Assembly: GCA_033723415.1 (NCBI GenBank)
Contig: JAWVXD010000003.1
Location: 192,001 to 256,000, forward strand
Length of the DNA stretch: 64,000 nucleotides
Direction of reading: 5' to 3'
Source: Sulfurospirillaceae bacterium
Lineage (GTDB): Bacteria; Campylobacterota; Campylobacteria; Campylobacterales; Sulfurospirillaceae
The translations under genes were made by a program, and so were the position numbers. Under the pieces are notes generated by a model. The model saw only the letters and a program-made list of their open reading frames with translations, did no database searches and had not been told where the DNA came from. Below are positions 27,561 through 38,458 of the stretch, piece by piece. How positions within the stretch are numbered: the first letter of the stretch is position 1; each line of letters begins with the position of its first letter.

Positions 27561-28757
27561 ATGAAAGAATTAAACTTATACTGTACGGAGTGCAGTCACA
27601 AAGAGAGTATAAATAAAAATATTAGTAGGTGTCCAAAATGCGGTGAACCTATGGAAGTGGAATTGATCAAAAAAGGTAAGATCAACTACTCAAAAGATAA
27701 AGGACAAACAATCCTAGAGCGATATTCGGACTTTTTTCCTTATTTAGATATACACAGAGAGGATTCATTGGGGGAGGGATTTACGTCACTAGTAAATTTA
27801 AAAGAGTTAAGCAATGATTTAGGGCTCAAAGAATTGTATCTTAAAAATGAAAGTCAAAATCCGACCTGGTCTTTTAAGGACAGAGGTACGTTGCTTGGGG
27901 TCCTTCACGCAAAAAAACTTGGATATAAAAAAATAGGTACGGTATCTACCGGGAATATGGCTCCATCTGTAGCTGCCTATGCTGCTAAATTCAAACTCGA
28001 TAGCTACATCTTCGTAGATGATTTGATAGCAGAAGAAAAACTAGCACCTATACTTATATACAATCCTAGATTGTTTAGGGTGAAGGGAGATTACGGAAGT
28101 CTTTACTATAAAACTTTAGAATTAGGGAGAGCAAAGAATATATACTTTATAAACTCAGATGTGCCCCTCAGAGTGGAAGGTTCTAAAACGATAGCCTTTG
28201 AAATATGTGAGCAGCTTGCTTTTAATATGCCGGATTTCGTGGTTGTTCCTACAAGTGCAGGTGGAAACATCAGAGGTATAGAAAAAGGATTTAGAGAATT
28301 TAAAGAAGCCGGGATCATTGATAAAATTCCTAAAATCATCTGTGCTCAAAGTGCCGGATGCTCGCCGATAGATAAAGCTTACCGTGAAAATAAAGAAAAA
28401 ATAGAAAGATTTGAAAATCCTGCTACCATTGCTCATGCTATAGAAAATCCACTGCCTCCAAGCGGGAATCAAGTACTAAGGATGCTGAAGCGAAACGGAG
28501 GCTTTGCAGTATCTGTACATGATGATGAAATTTTAGAGGCTCAAAGAACTTTGGCTCAAAACGGATTGTTTTTGCAACCTGCATCCTGTGTTCCTCTGGC
28601 TGCTGTAATAAAACTAAGAAAAGAAGAAAAACTACAAAGAGATGTCAGCGTTGTTTTAATAGGCACAGGAGGCGGATTGAAATACACATCGGTGTTTGAA
28701 AAATATAATTTCAATTACTCTAAGATAGAATTAAAAGATATAGAAAATATAGAGTGA
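27561..28757 (+). CDS. thrC: threonine synthase
   Basis: NPTWSFKDRG PLP lysine, STGN, EGSKT. Confidence 0.88.
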   Translation: MKELNLYCTECSHKESINKNISRCPKCGEPMEVELIKKGKINYSKDKGQTILERYSDFFPYLDIHREDSLGEGFTSLVNLKELSNDLGLKELYLKNESQNPTWSFKDRGTLLGVLHAKKLGYKKIGTVSTGNMAPSVAAYAAKFKLDSYIFVDDLIAEEKLAPILIYNPRLFRVKGDYGSLYYKTLELGRAKNIYFINSDVPLRVEGSKTIAFEICEQLAFNMPDFVVVPTSAGGNIRGIEKGFREFKEAGIIDKIPKIICAQSAGCSPIDKAYRENKEKIERFENPATIAHAIENPLPPSGNQVLRMLKRNGGFAVSVHDDEILEAQRTLAQNGLFLQPASCVPLAAVIKLRKEEKLQRDVSVVLIGTGGGLKYTSVFEKYNFNYSKIELKDIENIE

Positions 28758-28805
28758 TCGATTAGTTATCCTATAAGGGAATAAAACAGTATCCAAAACT
28801 AAACT

Positions 28806-30767
28806 TTATATACCGGATTTTAGGCCGATTATCATAGTTTGTTTGTCCGGTAAGTGATATGTTGCTGTGATGTCTTGTGTATTTCGAGCCATGTACCCAA
28901 ACAGATGATCTCGCCAAGATGCCATGCCTTTTAGTTTACGTCCAGGTACGATTTGTACATGATCTATAATGTAGTGAATCTTACTAGTATCTATATCAAG
29001 GTCATGTTCTTTGATCTGAGCTAGTTCTGATGGTACATTGATACCTTGCATAAAACCATAATGTAAAATCACACGATAGAATCCAGCTCCCAAGTCTGTT
29101 ATTTCAATACGCTTATTTTGTGCAATTGTCGGTACTTCTTCAATCAATACGGTGGTTAACAATACTCGCTCATAAAGTACTCCTGTATGGTTTACCAGCT
29201 TTTGAAGTGTCGATGGTGTATAAATAAGTCGACCAGTGATAAATACTCCTGTTTCCGGTATTCTTGGCACGTCTTCTGCTATGATTTTGCCAATAAATGA
29301 TTCAATTGTAGTGGATACATTATTAAATTGTTCTATCAATAAAGTTGATCCTCTTCTCCAAGTTGTCATAAGCGCAAATAGCAGTAATGCAATCATAAGC
29401 GGTAACCAGCCACCATCTGGTATTTTCATGGCATTGGAGGCAAGAAAGGTTAAGTCGATGATGAGAAATCCGATTAGAAAAGTGAGTGATTTGGTTAGAT
29501 TCCAACCCCAGATTTTATGAGTTATTGTAAACATTAACACTGTGGTAATTGCCATGGTGGCATTTACGGCAACGCCATAAGCTGCCGCCAAATTTTCTGA
29601 GGTTTTAAAGATAAGCACCAATCCTATGACGGCAATCATCATAGCCCAGTTTATAGCAGGTAAGTAAACTTGTCCGTGTGCATAAGCGGAAGTTTGCCGA
29701 ACCTGAAGGGGAGGCATCCAATCAAGCTGAATGGCTTGACGTGTAAGCGAAAAAACCCCAGTGATGACGGCTTGAGAAGCAATGATCGTAGAAAATGTGG
29801 CGATGATGACTAAGGGAATTAATCCCCAAGATGGAACCAGATGGAAAAATGGATTGACAACACTTTTGGGTTCAATAAGCAATACTGCACCCTGACCAAA
29901 ATAGTTTAGCAATAAGGCTGGTAATACAAAAAAGAACCAAACAAAACGGATAGGTTTGAGACTAAAGTGACCCAAGTCGGCAAATAAAGCCTCTCCGCCC
30001 GTGGTGACAAGAAATACGGCGTACAGAACGAGGAAGCCGGTCAGGCCATTACGCTCAAAGAAGATGACCGCATGCCATGGATTGATGGCTGTTAAAACCA
30101 TCGGGTACTGCATGATGTTAACGATACCCAATAATGCTAGGATTAAAAACCATAATAACATCAATGGTCCAAATATGATACCCACTACAGAAGTGCCCCA
30201 TCGCTGGATTGCAAATAAGGCAAATAGAATACCTATGGTGATTGGAATGACGTAGCTTTTTAGCTCCGGACCTAAAACCTCTAAGCCCTGAACGGCACTT
30301 AATACGGAGATGGCGGGAGTGATTATGGCAGCGCCAAATAACATCGCCGCTCCTGCAAGACCAAGTAGAAGAAGAGCCATACGCCGTGGTTTGATCTCTC
30401 CTGATTTTGGACGCAACAGACCTAAGAGGGCAAAGGTTCCTCCTTCACCATGGTTATCTGCCCGTAAGACAAATGTCATGTATTTTAGTGAAATAACAAG
30501 AACCAATGTCCATAGTATGAGAGACAAAAGGCCCAAAACATTATCATGCGTGACAAGCAGCGGGTTTTTCCCGATAAAAGCTTGTTGCAAAGCATAAATT
30601 GGACTGGTTCCGATATCTCCATACACGATACCTAGCACAGAGAGTGCTATGATCGCAAAAGGTTTTTTAGAAGTTTCGGAAGCGGGTTCAGCGTTTTGAA
30701 AGTTTAACGCATCCTCTTGGGCATGAAGTTCTTTTTGATCTGGTGTCAAATCGGGCATGTTTTTCAT
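28806..30767 (-). CDS. kup: KUP/HAK/KT potassium transporter
   Basis: GIVYGDIGTSPIY, ADNHGEGG, ADLGHF. Confidence 0.95.
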   Translation of the reverse strand: MKNMPDLTPDQKELHAQEDALNFQNAEPASETSKKPFAIIALSVLGIVYGDIGTSPIYALQQAFIGKNPLLVTHDNVLGLLSLILWTLVLVISLKYMTFVLRADNHGEGGTFALLGLLRPKSGEIKPRRMALLLLGLAGAAMLFGAAIITPAISVLSAVQGLEVLGPELKSYVIPITIGILFALFAIQRWGTSVVGIIFGPLMLLWFLILALLGIVNIMQYPMVLTAINPWHAVIFFERNGLTGFLVLYAVFLVTTGGEALFADLGHFSLKPIRFVWFFFVLPALLLNYFGQGAVLLIEPKSVVNPFFHLVPSWGLIPLVIIATFSTIIASQAVITGVFSLTRQAIQLDWMPPLQVRQTSAYAHGQVYLPAINWAMMIAVIGLVLIFKTSENLAAAYGVAVNATMAITTVLMFTITHKIWGWNLTKSLTFLIGFLIIDLTFLASNAMKIPDGGWLPLMIALLLFALMTTWRRGSTLLIEQFNNVSTTIESFIGKIIAEDVPRIPETGVFITGRLIYTPSTLQKLVNHTGVLYERVLLTTVLIEEVPTIAQNKRIEITDLGAGFYRVILHYGFMQGINVPSELAQIKEHDLDIDTSKIHYIIDHVQIVPGRKLKGMASWRDHLFGYMARNTQDITATYHLPDKQTMIIGLKSGI

Positions 30768-31366
30768 AGCCTCACATTCAGGTTTTTAGATAAATTTTTT
30801 ATCTCATTTTATAATTGGAGATTAAGAATGCACTTTTACATCAAAATCTTCAAGCATTAGTAAATCCTTTCAATTTTAACAATACTATCATAGCATCTAT
30901 TCCTTTAAATTCTGCAAATTTGGACTTAGTTATAGTGAAACTAAACCATAATTTTTTGGGTAAGTAAACCTTGTGATGATGGAACCTTTTGTGCCAAAAT
31001 CTTGTTCATTATCGGCAAAGACTATAAAACCATATCTAAAGAATAGTTGGTAATAATAATTAGATATACTATCCTTGAAATTCGTCACTTTAATGTTTCA
31101 CGACGTACAAAAAAACATGGCAATCTTGACTATTTATCTCCAAGAAGTTTTAAAAAAGATATAATATATAATCTTTTTCAAATTAGGATATTAGTGGGTT
31201 AGCAACGGTCTCATTTATAGAGGAAATCTAACGATTATCAATCCAATTTCTGCTATAAAATAGGCACTATCAGATATAAACAGATTAACAAACTAGAAGA
31301 GTTCATCAAAAACCACTCAACGGTTTTTTACTTGCTCATCTTAAATATAGGGGAGGTACATACTCC

Positions 31367-33775
31367 ATGATTGAAGAAATGAAAATCAATAATGACAATC
31401 CTGACTCGGACAACTTATCGGCTAATTATGAACCATTGAATGATACTGAGACTCCAGCTTCTTCAAAATGGACTCATTGGTTTAGTCATCTAATAGAATT
31501 ACACATCCTATTCCCGATTATATCTGTTCTTGTGCTGGCCGCTATTTGGTGGACGACACTGACCTTGATCAAAGTTGAACGAACTGCAGCAGAACGATCC
31601 GCTACGGGATTGAGCCATGAGTTGGCCCAGACTTATGAATCGCAGGTCGTGCGTGCACTGCGCGAAATTGACCAAACTCTAAAGATCGTCAAATATGCGA
31701 ATAATGTCTGGGGTGTAAAGAACGTTCTTCCAAACCTGAAAGACAGGGGTCTATTGCCCCCGACTTTGGTGTTCAAAATCAGTATCGCAAACAGTAAAGG
31801 TGATGTCGTGGCTAGCACTGGCCTCTTCAAAAATACCAATGTATTTGAGCGGGATTTTTTTCAGAGCCAGCTCAAAACTGATGCTATCTCTGTTGGCCGT
31901 CCGCAACTTGATCCAATCACAAAAAAGTGGAGCCTGACATTCAGCCGTAGGCTTGATCTTGTCAATGGAAAGTTTGCCGGTATTTCGATGGTTACAGTCG
32001 ACGCTGCCTATTTTGTAAGCGGCTATGAATCTTCAAAGTTAGGAGAGCATGGCATACTTGGTATCATCGGAGAGGATGGTACATTTCTTGTCAGGCGCAG
32101 TGGTGAAATCGTCACTGCCAACGACAAGTCTGATTTTGGAGCGCTGAAAATGCATTCTGATAATGAGATGGAAAGCGAAACCACACTTCGAATCAACGCT
32201 TGGGATGGAATACAGCGCTACACTAGTGCATACAAAATCTATGGTTTCCCTATGACAGTTATTGTTGGGTTATCCGCAGATGAACAATTGGCGGCTGCTC
32301 AGAAAAAGAAACAAGTCTATTTATGGCGGGCAGCAGCCGTGAGCTTTGTAATGCTTCTGATTATCGCGGTGATATGGCGTATAAGCTATCAGCTTGTGTT
32401 AAGTCGCCAGCGTGCTGTTAAGGAGCATATCGCCCATGCAGCGCGCGTCGAATATCTTGCCTATCATGACGGTCTAACAAAACTACCGAATCGCAGTTTG
32501 TTCAGTAAGCTGTTGGTTGATAGCATTAACTATGCACAACGCTACAATCGAAAGTTGGCGGTGCTATTTTTCGATTTGGATCATTTCAAAAACGTCAATG
32601 ATACCCTCGGACACGAGGCTGGTGACCAATTGTTACAAGAAGTCGCTACAAGAGTTAAGGCTTGCCTACGCGACACTGATACCGTTGCTCGGATGGGCGG
32701 AGACGAGTTTGTCGCTCTGTTACCGGAATTAAATGAGGAAAAGTACGTAGTGATAGTGGCACAGAAAATCCTTACCGCAGTTGCTTCTCCATTTATTCTG
32801 CAAGGTCAGGAATTTTATGTGACAGCGAGTATCGGGATCAGTTTGTATCCTCAAGATGGCATGGATGAGCAGACGCTACAAAAAAATGCTGACACAGCTA
32901 TGTATCAGGTGAAGGAAGAAGGCAGGAATAATTTCCAGTTTTATTCAGAAAAACTAAATGCAGAGTCGCTTGAACGTCTCACATTGGAAGCTGGTTTGCG
33001 GCATGCTTTGGAACGAAACGAATTTCAGTTGGATTATCAGACGAAGCAGAATATCGTCAATGGTGAGATCACGGGTATGGAAGCATTGCTACGCTGGCAT
33101 CATCCCGACTTGGGTATCATCGCTCCAATGAAATTCATCCCGATTGCGGAAGAAACCGGATTGATCGTGCCGATCGGCAAGTGGGTACTTAAGAGTGCTT
33201 GTGCGCAAAATGTGGCTTGGCAGAATCAGGGGTTTCCCGCTTTGAGCATAGCAGTCAACCTGACAGTACGACAGTTTTTTTATGAACATCTGTTGAAGGA
33301 TCTCAAGACGATACTCGCTGATACGGGTATGGATGCACACCTGTTGGAGCTGGAAGTCACAGAAAGTATTCTGATACATGACGTAGAAAAAACCATGCGA
33401 GTATTGACCGAGCTAAAGGATATGGGAATAAGGGTTGCAATCGATAACTTCGGTATTGGTTATTCCTCACTTTCTATGCTCGAAAAATTTCCGCTAGATA
33501 CCATTAAAATAGATCGTTCTTTTATCCGTCACATCACCGGTTTCTCCACAGATCATGCCATGACAGACGCAGTTATCGCTATGGGTAGGACGTTGAGTTT
33601 GAACGTCATAGCACAGGGAGTTGAGACAAAGGAACAAGCTGAGTATTTACGGCAGAATGCCTGTGATGAGTTTCAGGGGTTTTATCTCAATAAGCCCTTA
33701 CCGGCAAATCAGATTTCAGAGTTATTACGTAAACAGTCTAATATGACGAAAACTGATACAAACCCATCCACATGA
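31367..33775 (+). CDS. Cache-GGDEF-EAL protein
   Basis: two TM segments with periplasmic domain; GGDEF; EAL. Confidence 0.92.
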   Translation: MIEEMKINNDNPDSDNLSANYEPLNDTETPASSKWTHWFSHLIELHILFPIISVLVLAAIWWTTLTLIKVERTAAERSATGLSHELAQTYESQVVRALREIDQTLKIVKYANNVWGVKNVLPNLKDRGLLPPTLVFKISIANSKGDVVASTGLFKNTNVFERDFFQSQLKTDAISVGRPQLDPITKKWSLTFSRRLDLVNGKFAGISMVTVDAAYFVSGYESSKLGEHGILGIIGEDGTFLVRRSGEIVTANDKSDFGALKMHSDNEMESETTLRINAWDGIQRYTSAYKIYGFPMTVIVGLSADEQLAAAQKKKQVYLWRAAAVSFVMLLIIAVIWRISYQLVLSRQRAVKEHIAHAARVEYLAYHDGLTKLPNRSLFSKLLVDSINYAQRYNRKLAVLFFDLDHFKNVNDTLGHEAGDQLLQEVATRVKACLRDTDTVARMGGDEFVALLPELNEEKYVVIVAQKILTAVASPFILQGQEFYVTASIGISLYPQDGMDEQTLQKNADTAMYQVKEEGRNNFQFYSEKLNAESLERLTLEAGLRHALERNEFQLDYQTKQNIVNGEITGMEALLRWHHPDLGIIAPMKFIPIAEETGLIVPIGKWVLKSACAQNVAWQNQGFPALSIAVNLTVRQFFYEHLLKDLKTILADTGMDAHLLELEVTESILIHDVEKTMRVLTELKDMGIRVAIDNFGIGYSSLSMLEKFPLDTIKIDRSFIRHITGFSTDHAMTDAVIAMGRTLSLNVIAQGVETKEQAEYLRQNACDEFQGFYLNKPLPANQISELLRKQSNMTKTDTNPST

Positions 33776-33811
33776 TGACCAAAGAAGCACTTTTGTGAAA
33801 GATGAATCTGA

Positions 33812-34255
33812 TCATTTTGTGTGGATTACCTTCACACTTTTATCCACAAGCTTATTATTAATGTAACCTATGGCATTAGGATGTTTAGCGATAAATTTCT
33901 TTACTTCAAGACCATTTGTTACTTCAGGCGGTGGCTGACCCCGACCGGTAAAAATAATCTTTGACCAGTATGCTTTGATTTGAGATGGAGACTTGCCGGC
34001 AAATTTCAGATAGAACTCCTCACGCACTGTAGAACCTTCATTTTGATCGATCGGCATGGCTTGATTTCCATTAGGGAAATGGTTAGCCTTGCCCAAGAAT
34101 ATATCCGCGACTTGATTTTTGCTTAGCGTAGTCACAGGATTTTTGGCAGAGATCACCGTAACTACCTCAGCCGATGCGCCAACTGAACCAAAACTTAACG
34201 ACAACCCGATGATAATCAATCCGATGCAATTTGCATTAATTATGAATTGTTTCAT
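33812..34255 (-). CDS. small periplasmic binding-like protein (phosphate ABC SBP-like family)
   Basis: IFLGK, YWSKIIFTGRGQPP, AIGYI. Confidence 0.85.
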   Translation of the reverse strand: MKQFIINANCIGLIIIGLSLSFGSVGASAEVVTVISAKNPVTTLSKNQVADIFLGKANHFPNGNQAMPIDQNEGSTVREEFYLKFAGKSPSQIKAYWSKIIFTGRGQPPPEVTNGLEVKKFIAKHPNAIGYINNKLVDKSVKVIHTK

Positions 34256-35502
34256 CAGAATACGAACTCAATCGTGGCACTGAACACGTTAACATTGCCA
34301 CCAGGTTGGAAGCCGGGCTGGGTATTGATCAATAGACCATTCGAACCGGCACCGATGCTGGTATGGTCATATTGTAACTTGAGAGCCGCATTAGTCATAA
34401 AATCCCAGCGCCCGCCTATGGAAACCGTGTTCTGAACAGTCTTTGTTCTCAATATCCCATTGAGGGCCATATTGAGACCAGTAGCAGCGGGAGTAGCTAA
34501 GCCTGGATCTGAGAGATTGTCTGCCGTCGCCTGGGCATAGGTGATGTAGGGTGTAAACTTCCCAAATTGATAGCCTCCGCTCACATACCAGCCGGTTCCC
34601 TTACCACGGAAAGAGCATATTTGTGTGTGGGTCCATTCGGCCATTACGAACCACTTTCCAGGATTGTACGTAGCGCCTACTGTAATGATGGATAAGGGCT
34701 TTTTATTGGTATCGTACTTGTCTGCGAGTGCAATCCCCTGTGGTCCAAATTGTCGGAATGCGTCGAAAAGTGCTTTAACTGAATCGATGGTCAACGTTGG
34801 ATGTTGATAAGCCAAGTGCACAGTTGTGTCATGATATTCGAGAGAATAAGTAACACCCCACGCCTGTTCCGCTTTGGCTGTGCCACCATCCGGTAGAGTA
34901 TTTATGCTCCTGCCGTAATTGGCTTGTATGGTGTGTGTGAAGTCAGATATATGTATGCGGTATTGGATATCAACCCCATCGCTAGAGCTAACCGGCACAA
35001 GGCTGTATACTTCCATAGGAGGACGTACCCAGGGATAGGTGTACGTAACTTTACGTGTTCCTGAAAACAAAAAAGTGGGCAACACTGTACGCCCGACACG
35101 TATACTGAAATTCGGAGTGAATTGATACTTAATATTCCCCCATTCTATATGAGGTCGGTAGGTGTTGTCATAATTTTGCTCCGCTATGACTTGTAAAATT
35201 GCTGTGAACTTTGGGGTAAAATTGGCTGTGACTTGGCCACCGATTAAACTGTCAACATCTGCGCTCCAAGCATGGGTGTAACCAGCGCCGTTGGGTTTGA
35301 ATGAGGAAGAGGTAAAGTCTGCCTTATCTTCACTGGAGTGAACCAAACCTAAGGTGCCAAAGCCGCTAAATGAAAAGACAGGTGCTTCTAGATCGTCGGC
35401 GTTAGCACCTATCGCGTATAGCAACGTTGCAATCAGCGCGATGTGAGTCAGTTTATTTGATATGCTTTTAATCATGCCTTCTCCATAGTGGGTATTAGCC
35501 AC
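34255..35502 (-). CDS. outer-membrane porin-like protein (probable start 35475)
   Basis: FSGFGTLG, RKVTYTYPWVRPP, C-terminal IEFVF. Confidence 0.82.
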   Translation of the reverse strand: MANTHYGEGMIKSISNKLTHIALIATLLYAIGANADDLEAPVFSFSGFGTLGLVHSSEDKADFTSSSFKPNGAGYTHAWSADVDSLIGGQVTANFTPKFTAILQVIAEQNYDNTYRPHIEWGNIKYQFTPNFSIRVGRTVLPTFLFSGTRKVTYTYPWVRPPMEVYSLVPVSSSDGVDIQYRIHISDFTHTIQANYGRSINTLPDGGTAKAEQAWGVTYSLEYHDTTVHLAYQHPTLTIDSVKALFDAFRQFGPQGIALADKYDTNKKPLSIITVGATYNPGKWFVMAEWTHTQICSFRGKGTGWYVSGGYQFGKFTPYITYAQATADNLSDPGLATPAATGLNMALNGILRTKTVQNTVSIGGRWDFMTNAALKLQYDHTSIGAGSNGLLINTQPGFQPGGNVNVFSATIEFVF

Positions 35503-35522
35503 CTATAGTAACTGAATCAAAG

Positions 35523-35672
35523 GGAATCGTTACCGTTTTTCTAGACAATATTGAGGTCCTCGTAGTATCGTTATTCAAACTCGACTGACAAGAGGTTACC
35601 ATCCTATTATAGATATGCTTTCTGATCTGATTGTAGAATATTTCGATGTAATCGAAGATATTCTACCTTGCT
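35523..35672 (-). pseudogene. IS3-family right-end remnant
   Basis: AR*NIFDYIEIFYNQIRKH then frameshifted VEFE*RYY; IR-like TGTCTAGAAAAACGGTAACGATTC. Confidence 0.7.
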
Positions 35673-36029
35673 GTACTGCTAACCTCGATGGCATAAAGAT
35701 CGAAGACTTGAGTTACAAAATAGTCTAGCGAATTGAAGAATATTATACCTAAATAATAATCAATTCGTATATATTCTTCAAGCAATCGTCTGATTATTGT
35801 GAATGAAAAATAGACGTTCCAAATGTTATTGTCATTTTCCATAAATACTACACAAGTGACAAATTACTCTATTCTGTAACTGTACTACCATTGATACGCA
35901 AACGTATATCATATTAATCTACACATCATATGAGTTAAAGTTTTATTATCATATAGTAATAAAATATATCATATCTAGCTATATTAAGGTTGTTTTAATA
36001 CAAATATGTTATCTTATGGACATAGATTG

Positions 36030-36088
36030 TGTAAAAAAATTGCATGATTTGTGTAAAAAAATTACAAAATTAATGTAAAATATTTACA
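36030..36088. promoter_or_regulatory. three phased TGTAA-N5-TTRCA palindromes upstream of ectA
   Basis: starts at 36030, 36052, 36074. Confidence 0.65.
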
Positions 36089-36119
36089 TAAAATTGTAAC
36101 AAATTATGGAAAGGCATTA

Positions 36120-36602
36120 ATGGAATTAGAAATAATTTTAAGAAAACCGCAGAAGAGTGATGCAAAACAGATTTATAATCTGGTAAAAAAAACAAAGATT
36201 CTTGATGTGAATTCTGAATATTTGTATTTGCTTCAAGCGACACATTTTAGAGACACATGTTGTGTTGCCCAGGTAGATCATGAGATAGTCGGATTTGTAT
36301 CGGGTTATATTTGTCCTCAGAATAGTGATGTATTATTTGTTTGGCAGGTTGGTGTAGATGATAAATATAGAGGCAAAAATATGGCAGGAAAGATGATTTC
36401 GCACATTTTAGACTCAGAATCATTAAAAGGGATAAAGTATATCCATACTACGATAAGCCCAAGCAACCAAGCCTCACAAAGAGTATTCCATAAACTTGCA
36501 AATGAGCTACATACGGTAATTGCAAAAGAAACAATGTTTGAAGTAAGAGATTTTAATAATGCTCATGAAGATGAAGTATTGTATAAAATCGGCCCTCTAT
36601 AA
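36120..36602 (+). CDS. ectA: diaminobutyrate acetyltransferase
   Basis: LDVNSEYLYLL, LFVWQV, TTISPSNQAS. Confidence 0.95.
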   Translation: MELEIILRKPQKSDAKQIYNLVKKTKILDVNSEYLYLLQATHFRDTCCVAQVDHEIVGFVSGYICPQNSDVLFVWQVGVDDKYRGKNMAGKMISHILDSESLKGIKYIHTTISPSNQASQRVFHKLANELHTVIAKETMFEVRDFNNAHEDEVLYKIGPL

Positions 36603-36692
36603 CAATCTCTCACCCACATAAAAATCAATCGGATTATTTGGTGCAACAACAATCATGATATTGAAAATATAAAAAATTATAAAAGGAATAAT

Positions 36693-37970
36693 ATGAGAAT
36701 ATTTGAAGAATTAGAATCAGAAGTTAGAGGTTATATAAGAAGTTTCCCTACTATTTTTAAAAAAGCAAAAGGTGCGATACTGACAGATGAGCAAGATATA
36801 GAATACATAGATTTTTTTGCAGGGGCAGGAACCCTGAACTATGGACATAATAATCAAGCGATCAGTGATGCGCTTATACAGTATCTGCAAGAAGACGGTA
36901 TCGTTCACGGTCTTGACATGGCGACAAGTGCAAAAAAAGAGTTTCTACAAACTTTTCAAGATCTTATTTTGAAACCGAGAAGCCTTGAGTATAAACTGCA
37001 ATTTACAGGACCTACGGGAACCAATGCCGTTGAAACGGCTCTAAAATTAGCAAGATTAGTTAAAAAAAGAAGCAATATCGTCACATTTACGAACGGATAC
37101 CATGGGCTCTCACAAGGCTCACTGGCGGTTACTGCAAATCATGAGTATCGAGATGAAAGTTATATCAACAGGTGCAATGCTTCTTTTATGCCATTTGACG
37201 GATACTTGGGAGATATGAATACATTAGAATACTTTAGAAAGTTTTTAGAAGATGGAAGTAGCGGTGTTGACTTACCTGCCGCCGTGATCGTTGAAACCAT
37301 ACAAGGCGAAGGCGGGATCAATGTCGCGAGTGCAAAATGGCTTCAAGAACTCGAATCTATCTGTAGAGAGTTTGATATTTTATTTATCATCGATGATATC
37401 CAAGTCGGAAACGGTAGAAGCGGCGAATTTTTTTCTTTTGAATTTGCAGGAATTAACCCTGATATGGTCGTATTATCAAAATCTATCGGCGGGGGTCTTC
37501 CTATGGCACTGCTACTTTTAAGACCGGATCTTGATCAATGGAAATCAGGCGAACATACCGGTACCTTTAGAGGAAACAATCTGGCTTTTGTCGCCTCAAA
37601 AGTATCTCTTGAAAACTATTGGCAAAATGATGACCTCTCAAATGCCGTGTTTTACAAAGAAAAGATACTCAAAGAGTGTTTAGAAAACATTGCTGAAAAA
37701 TACAGTGAGCACGATGTAAGAGTACGAGGTAGAGGTCTTGTTTATGGACTTGAATTTAAAAGCGACAAGTCGATCGCAGGTGAATTATCCAAGTATGCAT
37801 TTCATGAAAAACTGATCGTAGAAACCTGTGGAAGTGACGGACAGGTCGTGAAGTTTTTACCGCCGCTTGTTATTGACGAAGAGACACTGAAAGAAGGACT
37901 AAGAAGATTTGAAACCGCTGTAGATAAGCTGTTTGCCGACAAAAAAGACAAACTAAGAGAGGAGTTTTAA
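36693..37970 (+). CDS. ectB: diaminobutyrate-2-oxoglutarate transaminase
   Basis: ESEVRGY, DFFAGAGTLNYGHN, GEHTGTFRGNN. Confidence 0.96.
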   Translation: MRIFEELESEVRGYIRSFPTIFKKAKGAILTDEQDIEYIDFFAGAGTLNYGHNNQAISDALIQYLQEDGIVHGLDMATSAKKEFLQTFQDLILKPRSLEYKLQFTGPTGTNAVETALKLARLVKKRSNIVTFTNGYHGLSQGSLAVTANHEYRDESYINRCNASFMPFDGYLGDMNTLEYFRKFLEDGSSGVDLPAAVIVETIQGEGGINVASAKWLQELESICREFDILFIIDDIQVGNGRSGEFFSFEFAGINPDMVVLSKSIGGGLPMALLLLRPDLDQWKSGEHTGTFRGNNLAFVASKVSLENYWQNDDLSNAVFYKEKILKECLENIAEKYSEHDVRVRGRGLVYGLEFKSDKSIAGELSKYAFHEKLIVETCGSDGQVVKFLPPLVIDEETLKEGLRRFETAVDKLFADKKDKLREEF

Positions 37971-37972
37971 AA

Positions 37973-38365
37973 ATGATCGTAAGAGACATCAAAGATATAA
38001 TTGGAAGCGATAAAGAGATACACGCTACTAAGGGACAATGGAGTAGCAGAAGGATGCTTTTAAAAGATGATAATATGGGCTTTTCTTTTCATGAGACGAT
38101 TATAAAAGCCAACACGAAAACACATATACACTATCAAAATCACTTAGAAGCGGTGTACTGCGTAGCGGGAAACGGAAAGATCGAAGATTTGGCTTCCGGA
38201 GAGGTTTATGAGATACATGATGGAATCATGTATGCACTCAATCATCATGATGATCATAATCTATATGGAGGTAGTGTTGACATGAGACTGATATGCGTAT
38301 TTAATCCTCCGATAAAAGGCACGGAAAATCATGATGAAAACGGAGTTTATCCTTTGGAAGAATAG
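37973..38365 (+). CDS. ectC: ectoine synthase
   Basis: MGFSFHETII, HLEAVYC, CVFNPP. Confidence 0.96.
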   Translation: MIVRDIKDIIGSDKEIHATKGQWSSRRMLLKDDNMGFSFHETIIKANTKTHIHYQNHLEAVYCVAGNGKIEDLASGEVYEIHDGIMYALNHHDDHNLYGGSVDMRLICVFNPPIKGTENHDENGVYPLEE

Positions 38366-38458
38366 CGATGCTTAAAGGCTCATGATGTACTAAGATAATT
38401 GTTACAACATAAAATTTGAGCACAAATATCAAAAGATAAATTTTTAATAGGAGACAAG

